DNA of 63,516 nucleotides, counting the filler, from Dugesia japonica (taxonomy: Eukaryota), in the NCBI GenBank assembly GCA_001938525.1. It is 5 parts of 5 records of this genome, joined end to end, with 100 filler letters (N's around TTAATTAATTAA, not from the genome) between each part and the next. Parts side by side here need not be neighbours in the genome. Positions count along the whole stretch, not along the records: positions 36,932 to 45,580 come from MQRL01637926.1; positions 45,681 to 54,076 come from MQRL01531791.1; 3 more parts are not named here. The stretch is one strand, 5' to 3'. Of this stretch, positions 38,460 to 50,249 are shown in pieces. Below the pieces are notes generated by a model. The model ran no database searches. It had not been told where the DNA came from and worked only from the letters and a program-made list of their open reading frames with translations. A program made the translations under genes and the position numbers. Each line of letters begins with the position of its first letter. Position 1 is the stretch's first letter.

Positions 38460-39510
38460 ACTTGACAAAAATTTCCAAAACTGACCCAAGTTAACCATTT
38501 CTGAGGAAATAATTTACCAAATTGCCAATTATTTACCTGGTTTAGGTAGTATTGGTCAAATATTTTCATCGGTGAGGTCGAATCTGGGAAAACTTAGTCG
38601 GTTTTAGGTAAATTTGGTCAATTTTTTCCTCGTGATTGGTCAGTTTGCGTAGCTTTTTGGTGATTCAGTCAAATCTTTCATCAATCTGGTTGAATTTGGT
38701 TCATTTTTTGGCGATTTGGTCAATTATTTACTCGCTATGAACAAACTTGGTTAATTATTTGCTCACAAGGGTAATTTTTAGGTAAATACGGTCAATTATT
38801 CCCTCAGGAATGGTTAATTTGTATAAGTTTTGGACAATTTGGTCAATTATTTACCCGGTTTAGGTAATTCACTAATTCACCCAAAAATTACCCAAATCAA
38901 CTAATCCCGAGAAATATTAAACCGAATTCACCTGGACCAACCAAAAATCGACCTTATTCGACCTCACCGAGTAAATTCCTAACTAAATCATTCAAAGATT
39001 ACCTAAAACCGACCAAGTTTGCCCAAACTAACCTATCTCGAGGAAATAATTGACCGAATCGTCCTAAAAATAAACCAAATTCACCTGAACCCACCAAAAA
39101 TTCGACCAATTCACCCAAAAAGAACCCAAATTGAGCAATCTCGAAGAAATATTGGACCATATTCACCTGAACCAGCAAAAAATGGATCACANTCGACCTC
39201 ACTGAGGAAATATTCAACCAAATTAATCTGAACCAATAAAAGTTGACCTCATTCAACCTCACAGAGCAAATTCCCAACTAAAAAGCCTAAAAAATTCTAC
39301 TGCTTAAAAAGCCTTAAATATTTTCCCAACTAAATACACAGGGAAAAATGAAAATCACTTGCCGCCTAAATAACCAAAAAAAATTTCCCAACTAAATACA
39401 TTGGAAAAATTCAAAAACAGTTAATTTCACCGATAAAATTAATCTGATGACATAATTTGTCTGCAAAATGTTTTTCCCAACTAAATACATTGGAAAAATT
39501 CAAAAACAGT
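38460..39510. repeat. Degenerate tandem array with an internally inverted segment (~38525-38868)
   Basis: Strand-skew switches; TCGGTGAGGTCGAAT (~38569) is the reverse complement of ATTCGACCTCACCGA (~38956); TTCCCAACTAAA four times at 39271-39485. Confidence 0.75.
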
Positions 39511-39599
39511 TGCGTAATATTGTCGCGACGAAATTTATTACATTATGTAATGCACACAAATGNNNNNNNNNNNNNNNNNNNNNNNNNNNNNNNNNNNNN

Positions 39600-39683
39600 C
39601 ACTTATGCAATAATCCTATTACGTAAAGGGGGTAGGAAGGTTACTGAATGTGTGCTGTTTTTCTCCGCTATTATCCCTCTACT
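39600..39683. repeat. Candidate Polinton terminus (subtype A)
   Basis: Aligns with 41-120; ends CCGCTATTATCCCTCTACT. Confidence 0.4.
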
Positions 39684-40689
39684 TAGATCTAAGTAGCAAA
39701 GTCGAAACCCTCAAAAAATTTCAAATAAAATCGTCCTAATCGTCAAGTTACAGAAAAAAATAAATCACATCACATCCCCCCGCCGACGAAGCGATACATC
39801 AATTTGAGTGATCTAGAAATGTAGGATTTCGATTGATTGTTTCTATTAAGTAAAAAAAGTTTTCGAATTTTGGTTGGAATGGTCGAAATTTTTCTCGGGA
39901 AGGTCAAAAATTCAAATTTCGGTTTATAATTTTTTTGGTCAAATTTTATTGAGTGGCTTCCAATTTGATATCGTTGAACTTAAAATTTAAATCTGAATGT
40001 TTTTTACTCAGGGTTTGCTATAAAAATACTTTTAGTTGACAAGATTAAGATATGAGCGCACTGGATCACTTGGACTTGATCTACAAATTTCTCAGTTAAA
40101 ACCAATTGTATAGTTCTATAAATGATAGCATTCTATTTAGAATAACATTCTGAACATATTTTTTATTTACTACATAAAACTGTTTTGTTCAGGAAATAAT
40201 ATATAATAAATTGTAAATTATAATTATAATTAGAATAGTAATAATTTTTTAAATATTTTCTTACTTTTCAACTCAGAATTCAAAACACTGTAGGAGTATA
40301 ATTTTATTTTTCTTAAAATATAAATAAAGATGTTTTTAAAAATTAATTCCTAGGAGACATTTTATTCATTCTTATTTTATTCATTTTTACCATACATGTG
40401 TAAAGTTGAAAAGTTTTAAATTTTAAAAAATATTTGTTTAAACTTGTCTTTACAAAAAAAATAGAAAGCTTATTAAAAATATCTAAAAGTTTACAAAACT
40501 GTATTTTATTGAAAATTTTTAAATTGATACTGTGACATTTGATCTTCCCTAAAACGTATAAAGCTAAATTTCGGTCTTTTTCTCTCATTTACTTGTTCCA
40601 GTCCATTTTTTTCTTAAATTATTTACACACCTTCTCTTCTTTTTAAGAGCCTATTCACTTTATTCCTACTTTCTGGTAATTGAGAATAA

Positions 40690-41560
40690 TCAATCAATTT
40701 AGTTCTCATTGGATAACACTGACAAACTTGTCTATTGGTGGAATCTTGTCATCTTGGTACAGCCTTTGGAAATGGTTTTCTTCTTCTTTATTCTTTGTCT
40801 AAAATCCCTTATATCTGATTACATATGTTTTGTAATCCTCTGCCTGACTCAAGATACCCAGTTGTTTGATGGGAGTGACATTCTTCTGTTAACTAAGACA
40901 CATCTTACATCTCAGTTCTTGATCAACCCCAGCCAAAATATCCTGTTTATTTATTGATTGGACAAACTGAAAATATATCAATTTTTGTGAGAAGTCCAAC
41001 ACTTTCTTGTGTTGGACAATTTTTTACTGATATGACGAAAATTGCGGTACAGCCCGCTCCCCAGATCTTTTTTCCGTGGTTTATTCAATATGTATGCTCT
41101 GTATATTATTTCCGGCATTTTACGTTACAAATCTATAACTTCTAACAACATTAATCAGATTCATCAAGATTAGTCTCTTTCACATCTTATATGCTTTCAA
41201 AAATTACTCATATTTTTTTTCTTCCATTTTTTATTCATGGAGTAAACTACCAGTATCTCAACTTTAACGCTTTATTCAAGAAGTCTCCCACCCAAGGTTC
41301 TATATTCTTAAAAAATGACTCGTCTGTGATTTACTAGATTCTGAAAAAAATCTATTATTAAAACCCATTGTCTACAATATATAATCTTTCGGTTTTCTTC
41401 AAGTTTTGACATAAATTTCCAAGATATTTTCATCCTTCATACTGGAAAATGACATCGATTTTTCTTTAGAACGATACTTTTTGCTTCGAAGTACATTTCT
41501 CATTGTTTGATAAACCCAACGAGGTCAATTGCAATTGCATCCGTGTTTACCACTGCATCA
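40690..41560 (-). mobile_element. Possible Gypsy gag remnant, highly degraded
   Basis: A-rich coding-like minus strand with Cys-containing knuckle-like remnants (ELRCKMC; CP...CP) and a gag-like N-terminus (VGFIKQ*EMYFEAKSI). Confidence 0.4.
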
Positions 41561-42820
41561 TACTAATTTATAATACTAGAATGAAACTAATTATAAAACG
41601 GTTAGCACAAATTATATAATTACTAATNNNNNNNNNNNNNNNNNNNNNNNNNNNNNNNNNNNNNNNTTTTCACATTTTAACTACAACAAATTCAATAATC
41701 AAACGAAACTCAAACTACATTCAAAATAAAAATTAATAATTATATTAATCACAACTTTTTGAAATATTCTGTTAATTCTTCTTTGATAATTAAACCTGTT
41801 TTCTATCAATTCCAAAAATTATTAAGTCAATCTAGAAAGAAAATGAAATTATTATAACCTACCCAACTGATATCAAGAGAAAGTGAACAAATCCTTTCTT
41901 TGGCTAGAAATATTGCTACAGTTAAAATGAATGCAATTGCTCTATTTTCTTAATAATTAATTCATTGTTTTCGTACTTGTAAAATCGTTTTTTAATCATA
42001 CATTTTCATTCAAATTATTCTTTTTTTAAATAGTACCTAAGTTTTACAAATGTAAAAAAATTGAAAGTAAATTGAAGCTTGGAATCAATATAAAGAAATT
42101 TTTAGAGAAAGATAAAACTATCAATAACCATGAAACCAAAAGAGTTCTATTCTATATGTGAAATTGGAGGTAAATCAATTAAGCAATATCATTAATAAAC
42201 AAATCAATTAACCAAATTTATGTGCTTACAAATTCGAAATAGTAAACCATTATCTGCCCAAACTTTTCTCTATTAGCACTGTTTTTCTCTCCAATTAACA
42301 TATATTTAAAATTAGCAAATTTTCTCGAAAAATCAATAAAATCTGTAACGTCCCAAAAAAAGGACAATTGCGTGTAATATGTTGAGAATTGGTGGGTCAA
42401 AATGAATTAGTAAGATAGAAAAACTCATGAAAATTATCTGAAATTAAAATCAAGAACAAATTGTACAGAAAATTGTATATATTTAAATGTAAACTCCATT
42501 TCAATTGAACATTACGACCGCACAATAGCACAATAAAACATCCAATATAAATACAAATATCATTTTGAATAGAGATATTCTTCATTGAAATGAAAATAAT
42601 ATACATATAAGGTCCGCGTACGTCATAAAGAATAAATTCAAGTCACAAAGAGTTTATTATTATTTATTAATAAAAACACACACTAATACACACACTAATG
42701 CACACACTAATGCACACACTAATACACACACTAACACTGCTAGAAAACCGTATAGAAATATACACATCTATTTACATAAATAGAATAATAATAATAAAAA
42801 TAATAATTATAATATTAATT

Positions 42821-43018
42821 CTAAATATTTAATAAATTTCTCATTTGTAGAACATTTTGTTTATGTTGATGATTTTCTACATGATCTTCAAGATCCGCTT
42901 CTGTATACAATGGCACGCCGAGTCTTGATTTCTCAGTCATATAATCACTGTTCTGTGTGCAGAGTTCACATATTTTCACTTCTGGCAGAACATCACGACT
43001 CAGTTTAACACGAGACAT
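42821..43018 (-). CDS. 65-aa single C2H2 (U1/matrin-like) zinc-finger protein
   Basis: CELC...YTEADLEDHVENHQHKQN; intact ORF with ATG; AATAAA downstream. Confidence 0.55.
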   Translation of the reverse strand: MSRVKLSRDVLPEVKICELCTQNSDYMTEKSRLGVPLYTEADLEDHVENHQHKQNVLQMRNLLNI

Positions 43019-43782
43019 TGGCCTATATATTAGTGATTGATTAATTATGACAATTTACTAATTTTCAAAAAAATAAACATGAAGGAATATTCTCACAAGT
43101 GAAGAAAGATTTGGAAATCAATATTGTTTGTGATAATTACAAAAAAGGCCCTTCTAATAAAATTGTATTAGATCAACCCTTTATAGGGCAGATTTTAATT
43201 ATTTTGGAATTTTAATGTCAACATGACACTTTAGAATACTCATTGCCCGCATAGAATGAATTCAATAGAAACACTAAGAATATTTCTTTATTATATTTCT
43301 TTATTATGTATTATAACGTATTCAAGTTTACATTTCTATGAGCGCTATTGAAAATATAGACCTTAAAGCGATTGGTTAATATTGTGAGTATGTTTTGAAA
43401 AGCGAATTGAAATTTTTGTTCTTTGGTTGGAAATCATTTTCTTAAAATCTTCTTTAAAAATTGAAAATAGGAAATTAAATAAGAAAGTAGAGTTAATTAA
43501 ATTAAAAACTTTGTACAAAAATTATGGATATTTAAATTGAATAATAAATGACAATTTTATTTAAAATTCGGAAAAATTTTAAGTGAAAATTTTATCTAAA
43601 ATTTTAATAAATTGAAAAATGATTTCCAATTAAAACATAGTTTGAGTAAACAAATAATGATGGATATAGTTTTGTTTTGTGAATAAATCTTTTATAGAAA
43701 CTAATCTTGGCATTAATTAGCAGATGAGTACGCCAAACTCATCTAACAAATATATTAACCACTTTCAGTCATTGTCCTATAA

Positions 43783-43957
43783 AAGGGTTAAGACAGTAAT
43801 TTACAAATTGGAAAGCACGGGCTTCGGCGAAAAAAGGCGTGAAATTTTTAATTTAAATGTAATTCGAAAATGTAATTCTAGATAAAAAAATAAATACGAT
43901 AAACAAATTCGACCTATTAATATTAAATATAACGTAAAAATATAACCCGTATATATA
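43783..43957. repeat. ~175-bp direct repeat, copy 1 (copy 2 at 44315-44490)
   Basis: Both copies run AAGGGTTAAGAC..AAATTGGAAAGCAC..GGCTTCGGCGAAA..GGCGTGAAATTT..CTATTAATATTAAATATAACGT..CGTATATATA; roughly 85% identical by eye. Confidence 0.92.
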
Positions 43958-44314
43958 GAACTAAATTTAAGGCTGTTGTTGCTCTTGGTGATAACAATGG
44001 ACATGTTGAATTAGGAGTAAAATGCGCCAAAGAAGTTGCGACTGCCATTAGAGGAGCAATTACTCAAGCTAAATTCCCTGTTATTCCCGTCAGAAAAGGT
44101 TACTGGGTAACAAATTGGTAATAGTACCATGCAAAGTTACTGGAAAATGTGGATCGGTAAGTGTAAGACGTATTCCAGCTCCAAGAGGTACTGGTATGGT
44201 TGGTGCACCCGTAACAAAAAAGCTTTTAAGCATGGCGGGTATTCAAGATGTCTACAGTAGTGCTAATGAACAAACAGCCACTTTGCAAAATGTCGCTGAA
44301 GCAACTTATATGGC
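43957..44314 (+). pseudogene. RPS2: 40S ribosomal protein S2 (uS5) internal fragment, frameshifted
   Basis: [42 protein letters not shown] / [38 protein letters not shown]; lacks both termini; no intron in the fragment. Confidence 0.93.
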
Positions 44315-45000
44315 AAGGGTTAAGACTGTAATTTCCAAATTGGAAAGCACAGGTGGCTTCGGCGAAAGAAGGCGTGAAATTTATAATAGAAATGTAATTT
44401 TAATAAAACTTCTAAATAAAAAAATAAGTACGATAAACTAATTCAATCTATTAATATTAAATATAACGTTAAGATATAATGCGTATATATATATATATAT
44501 ATAATTCATCTTGGGCTTTGTATATTATGTTCAATTTTTTAGATAATGACAAATACCATCTATCTTCATCATATAAAATTACAATATCGTCATTGGTTAA
44601 TGGTACACACTAATTTCTCCTTATATTTTGTTTAATTATCCTATTGAATTTTCCTTTTCATAAGTCTAAGTAATTGTAAAAATACTATTGTCTGAAAATA
44701 AAAGTAATGTGTTTTAATTAACTAGATTGAGACAGCAGTTTCATTGATTACGACAAAAGATTTAGAAGGTTGGCTAAAATTGATGGGGCGTGATTGTGCT
44801 TTAGCTATATAGATTGTCAGGTTTTCCATAAATAAAGCTACTCAGTAAAAATTCTACTTTTTATTTCATTTAAAAATCTGAAACGAATTTAAAAAATTCG
44901 AAAATGATTTATAAATACTAAATGTTTAATTGAATTATAACAAATGAAACGGAAATTCCTAAAAATTTAGAAATTTTTTTAAATAGTAATAAAAGTAATA

Positions 45001-45160
45001 TTTTTTGTTTTTGATAATAATTCTAATTTTCGACTTTTTCTTCGTCAGGAATTGACTTTTTCTGATTTGACTGGAGAAAAAAGTCAATTCTTGACGAAGA
45101 CAAAGTCAAAAATTAGATTTATTATCGAAAACAAAAAAATTGATCAAAGCTTTTATTTTA
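45001..45160. mobile_element. Inverted pair of ~90-bp hammerhead-bearing repeats (Penelope-like pLTR remnant)
   Basis: Minus-strand copy 45003-45059 and plus-strand copy 45081-45160 of AAGTCAATTCCTGACGAAGACAAAGTCGAAAATTAGAATT..., separated by a short spacer. Confidence 0.7.
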
Positions 45161-45761
45161 TACTGTTATTCCAAAATACAAACTTTTTTATTCCAAAATA
45201 TAAACTTTTTGACTATGAAAAATATATTTTAGTAATGAATGATAAAATTTTAGATAGGAAATAAATAATTAAAAAATTTACATAAATTCTTTTAATCACG
45301 TCCTTATATGGAATATTCAAATAATAAAAAGTTAAGAAATACAGTATTCGATGAAAATCTTAGAATTATTAATAGAAAACTGGTGCCATAAAAAACTGCA
45401 TTAAAAATTCAATAGAAATCTCATTTTTAAGACGTTTCCTTTAGGTGAGTCATATTTTTATTCATATATCAGAAATTTTTTGAGAAAAGTATTTGGTAGA
45501 AAAAAGATAGTTTCTGTATTTAACAAAAACCAATTAATTTAAACTGCAATTTTCAATAGAATTGCAGAATTACACATTAANNNNNNNNNNNNNNNNNNNN
45601 NNNNNNNNNNNNNNNNNNNNNNNNTTAATTAATTAANNNNNNNNNNNNNNNNNNNNNNNNNNNNNNNNNNNNNNNNNNNNTATATATATATATATATAAC
45701 AAAGAAGAAAGTAAATCACAGCCAGATTATGATCGCGAAGTCTGAGTTGAATTGTCTATCA

Positions 45762-47200
45762 TCAACGTTTCAATGTCAGGACATCAGCAACCAGTTTATT
45801 CTCTCGGTCATGGAGGGACCGGATGATTTCCGCGAAAGACTCTAACTGCTGCTTCCAGAGGCGTTCTTGTGCATGCGATGCCTCGGCCTCTTTACGGAAC
45901 ATGAGATATTTATGTTTNGCGATGCCTCGGCCTCTTTACGGAACATGAGACATTTATGTTTGTATCGCTTTGCCTTGCTCTCCGCGGCAGCTGTGTTGGC
46001 CTCCCAGCGGCGTTTAGCTAATCAATAAACATCCCAACTTATTTCTATATCTTTGCTATTCTCTTTAACTTTTTTGGTTGGAGCGACAGAGCGAATTAGA
46101 GAGGAATTCACTCGAAAAGAAAATTAATTTATCATTTAATTAATGAAGTGATAGCAAATTTAAATAAGATTTATTACGAGGGATCAATAATTTATATGAG
46201 ACTTATTTTTTAAACAAGAATCTAGCCAAATAACACGATTGAAACGATCTATTAAAAGGGGATACTGCATTTAGGACCAAGAAATTTTATTATTATTACA
46301 AAAGAGAATCACTCAGGAATATTGTTTAGAGTTTGAGTCTCACTATCCGTGGGCGGCTCGGTATTTTCCTCACTACCGCCACTTGCCGTACTTCAAACAC
46401 TCCATAATATGTCACTAATCAATCCACCTAACCCTACGGGGTTGAGGAGCAGGAGGCGTATTTCCCCTCCAAACTCGCTGATAGATTGGCATGCCATTCT
46501 CGTAGCGGGTAGATATAGTCATTGCGAAGAGCGTACTACGACCGTAGTCCGTGCCAGTCTAGTCGTAATACGCTTGGTAATCAGTTGCACCCATGTGTCG
46601 CTCCTCATATGCGACCCTTGCGGGCAAGTTGAACCGCTCTACCAGGACGCCCGCGTCTCGATTGTACAGGTTTACATATCGTTTAAAAACTATGCGGCCG
46701 GTAGCCTTGTCCTCACATTTAAGTTCCACTAAATTACATGGGTCTTTATAACTTAAAATGAAAATCAATGTAATAAAAAGGTATGCAAACAAAAGAGAAC
46801 AGATTGGCAGGTACAAAACCACTTGATTACTATTTATTTTAATAAAGACATAATCAATCAATAAGAGTATCGTTAATTTTGCTAAAATTCTTGGTGAATA
46901 TCCACACCGTAGTTCAATGGGAACATCTCGACAAAACACTACAAATCGGTTTCAACGGGATACTCCACCAGTTCTGGGAACAACAGGTGACCTATGAGCT
47001 GTTTGTGACGCGCTGCTTTCTCCTGTTTTAGGATCAAACGAAGTGTATTCCTTAACTCTGCCGGCATCACCTAAAGGTAATAAAATTTTCATACTGTCGA
47101 AGGTCAATATTTTAATAAGAATATTCTCAGCTTGATTCCACACTCGTCGCATCGATTCGAGATTGATTGCTAAACATTTGCGACGGGGGCCTCTGTCACT
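45762..47200 (-). pseudogene. Cluster of GC-richer decayed orphan ORFs (probably mobile-element accessory genes)
   Basis: ~46115-45762: ISWDVY*LAKRRWEANTAAAESKAKRYKHKCLMFRKEAEASHAQERLWKQQL...; ~46750-46415: LVELKCEDKATGRIVFKRYVNLY...YYD*TGTDYGRS...RWID*; 47152-46952. Confidence 0.4.
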
Positions 47201-49229
47201 CTAGTAGCGGATTAATTGTTAGGTTTTGTTGAGTTAAAGAACCACAGCGTTATATCCCCTACAATAAACACGAGTTGGCATTTTCTGACCCGTAACCACG
47301 AAGGATAATACAAATAAATTAACATTAACTTGTAAATGTAACTTACGCCATATTATAGTTTTGGTAATTATAAAACGAGGATAATACCGTGGATAAAAAC
47401 TACATGGTTTATAGGCTTGATAATGATAAATCAACAAAGATTGAAGGAAAGTGGTGTACTAGTGCGGATAGCGTACATCTAGCGTGATGGCAACCCTAGT
47501 CATGATAACAACGATACTGATCAGATAATGATAACAAGAATAGTAGCATCCTAAGTAAGGTACTGATAAATAAGACAAAAATTAGTACTCGTAATAATAT
47601 CATTACTAGTCCCCTTGATAATCATGATGCATACTAATGGAGATATTATTCGTAGTAATAGAAGCAGCAATAGCCATCAATGGTAGTTATAATCGGTATA
47701 AATGATATTAATAATTGAAAATAATAAAAATCACCTAACTCTGGGATGACTCAGCAACTCATCTCACCGCAACTCTTAAACACACTAACTCTTTATGTGT
47801 ATGTGAGTAATGTGATAAATTCGAATTATCGATTGATATATACAAGGAAACATTTTGGCTAGATAGAGAATTGTTTCTACAGTTGGTGTGACACTTAATT
47901 TGTGGTGTATTGTGACGAACTAATTATCAAGAGTGTAGATAAAAAAACAAATTGATCCTGCCATTATTTGTAATAGAAAAAACATCGAGCCATTAGTGAG
48001 GATACAACGGTGTGTAAAATTGGTTACTTTGAAGTAGCCTATGTTGATTAAGTTTCCATTCATGAATAATATAAATTTCAATAATTTTTATTGTTTATTT
48101 AAAACATAAATAGATATCCATAACATAATGAATACAGATACAGCACTTACTATTAAGTTTTCAGAAAAGAATTTCTGCAACGGGTTTCTGCTGATTTCTG
48201 GTAAATATCGCAAGGTATTCCTAATTCACTGGTAGGGAAGGTTTCCTTCTTTAATTTTAAATTAACCGAAATAAATATCGGGAATATTACTTTCAAATTC
48301 TTGTTCAATTGCAAAGGTGATTAACCTAGTGAAAATTTTCCGAGTAAGTTCCACACAGTTAATTTAGTGAACAGGTTGTAGTTTTGATCAGCTGTAATCG
48401 TAATCACATGTAAATTATTAATCGTGGTGATAGCTGGGAATAATTAAAAATTGGGTTTTTTCATCTAAAATTTGGGGGGTTTAAATAGAATTTTTCTGAC
48501 AACCCGATTTTTTTCGTATTGGTGGTCTATTTTTGTTTCAAATTTCTGAATTTCTATTGGTGGTGGTGCCAATTTTTCGATTTTTTTAAGAATTCTTGGT
48601 TTTTTATTGGTGCCTATTTCTAGAGCACCTTGTGATTTTTGTTTCGTTATTTCACGTTTATTTTCTGGCCTCTCATTGGCCTATTCTTCAAACCCTTCCG
48701 TAGACCCTCCTGATAATGTTANNNNNNNNNNNNNNNAAAATTCAATTGCCCTGTTACTTTTTCTTTCTGAATTTTCTTATTAGGATTCCTTGCGATCTTC
48801 CAGAGTGAAGATATCTCCCAAAAACAACTTTTTGCTTAATTTACTTTCTTTTTTCAACTAAAATTAATTAATTTTCTCCCATATTTTTTATTTAATTAAT
48901 ATAATGTTTTTCTTGTTTTTTACCCTCATGATATAATTTTCTTTAATTGACTATTTTATTACGGGTTTAAATAATGAACTAATTCTTCCTTGAATATTAT
49001 TTTATTAAAAATCTTTTTTTTTAATCTCATTTTTCATTATTTAATAATCATTACTAATGGACTAACAAATACCACTGATGACCTCACTTATCATTCCTTA
49101 TTCTTCTTTGATCGCCCATATTGGGGCCCCTGAGTAAACTTCATTTCACTCTTCAGTGTTTCACCCCATTATTTATATTTTTGATAATAATAATAATAAT
49201 AATTTTTGATAATAATAATAATAATATTT

Positions 49230-49279
<50 letters not shown>

Positions 49280-49359
49280 NNNNNNNNNNNNNNNNNNNNN
49301 NNNNNNNNNNNNNNNNNNNNNNNNNNNNNNNNNNNNNNNNNNNNNNNNNNNNNNNNNNN

Positions 49360-49423
<64 letters not shown>

Positions 49424-49949
49424 TTTATTTTTAATAATTGATAAGCCTATGATGATAATAATGTTAATAATAAACAGTGATATAACCCTACAATGACATT
49501 AATATTTTTTTTTGATAAAAATTTATTGAAAAGAATTATAACTGTGAGTATCGGTTCATGAATTTCGGATGTCTGAGATTTTTTAATTTTTATATTTAAT
49601 ATTAAGATTGGTATTTCTGAAATTTTTAAAATATAAAATTTTAAAAATTATAAGGTTGTAAAATAAATATGTAGGTAAAACAAAGATATTTTAAATTAAA
49701 TTTAAAAGTTTACATGGTGTTAAATTATAAAATTATTTTCTAAAATGAGGTTTAAAAATAATTATTTTGGAATTTAAAAAACCAATATTTTTGAAAAATA
49801 TTTTTCTAAGATTTCTCAGATTATTTGTTTGAAATTTGTGAATTGTTATTTCATATTTTTATTTTTTAAGAAAAGACTTGTAATAATCAATAAACAATTT
49901 ATGGAGACTTGTGCGACTTTAAATTTAACTAATAATAACAATTAAATAT

Positions 49950-50215
49950 TTATTTATTTTCAAATTTTCTTAATGCGTCTCTGTAATATTTGAGTTTCTC
50001 CAGTCGTTCATCGGCGATTTTTACTGCTCGTAGATAATATTTGATTAATTCTTCTCTATTTTTGAGCAACTCTTCTACATATTCTCTGGGATTGTTCTGA
50101 ATTCTGTTTTTTTGAAACCTTTTTGCATCAGCTGCTGTTTTTGTAACATTTTCGTAAGCTTTCTTATGAGGATTCTGAAAATAAAAAAATAAGAATAAAT
50201 AAATTAACTTACCAT
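49950..50215 (-). CDS. 75-aa basic helical protein; first coding exon is ATG only (50215-50213), 38-nt intron, exon 2 50174-49950
   Basis: ATG|GTAAGT...TTTTCAG|AAT CCT CAT; gives MNPHKKAYENVTKTAADAKRF...RKFENK*. Confidence 0.55.
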
Positions 50216-50249
50216 TATTATTTCTTGTTTTGTGAAATAATAACAAAAA

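Noticed and set aside
45879-45958. 39-bp tandem duplication around a single N
   Set aside because: Typical unmerged contig overlap artefact.
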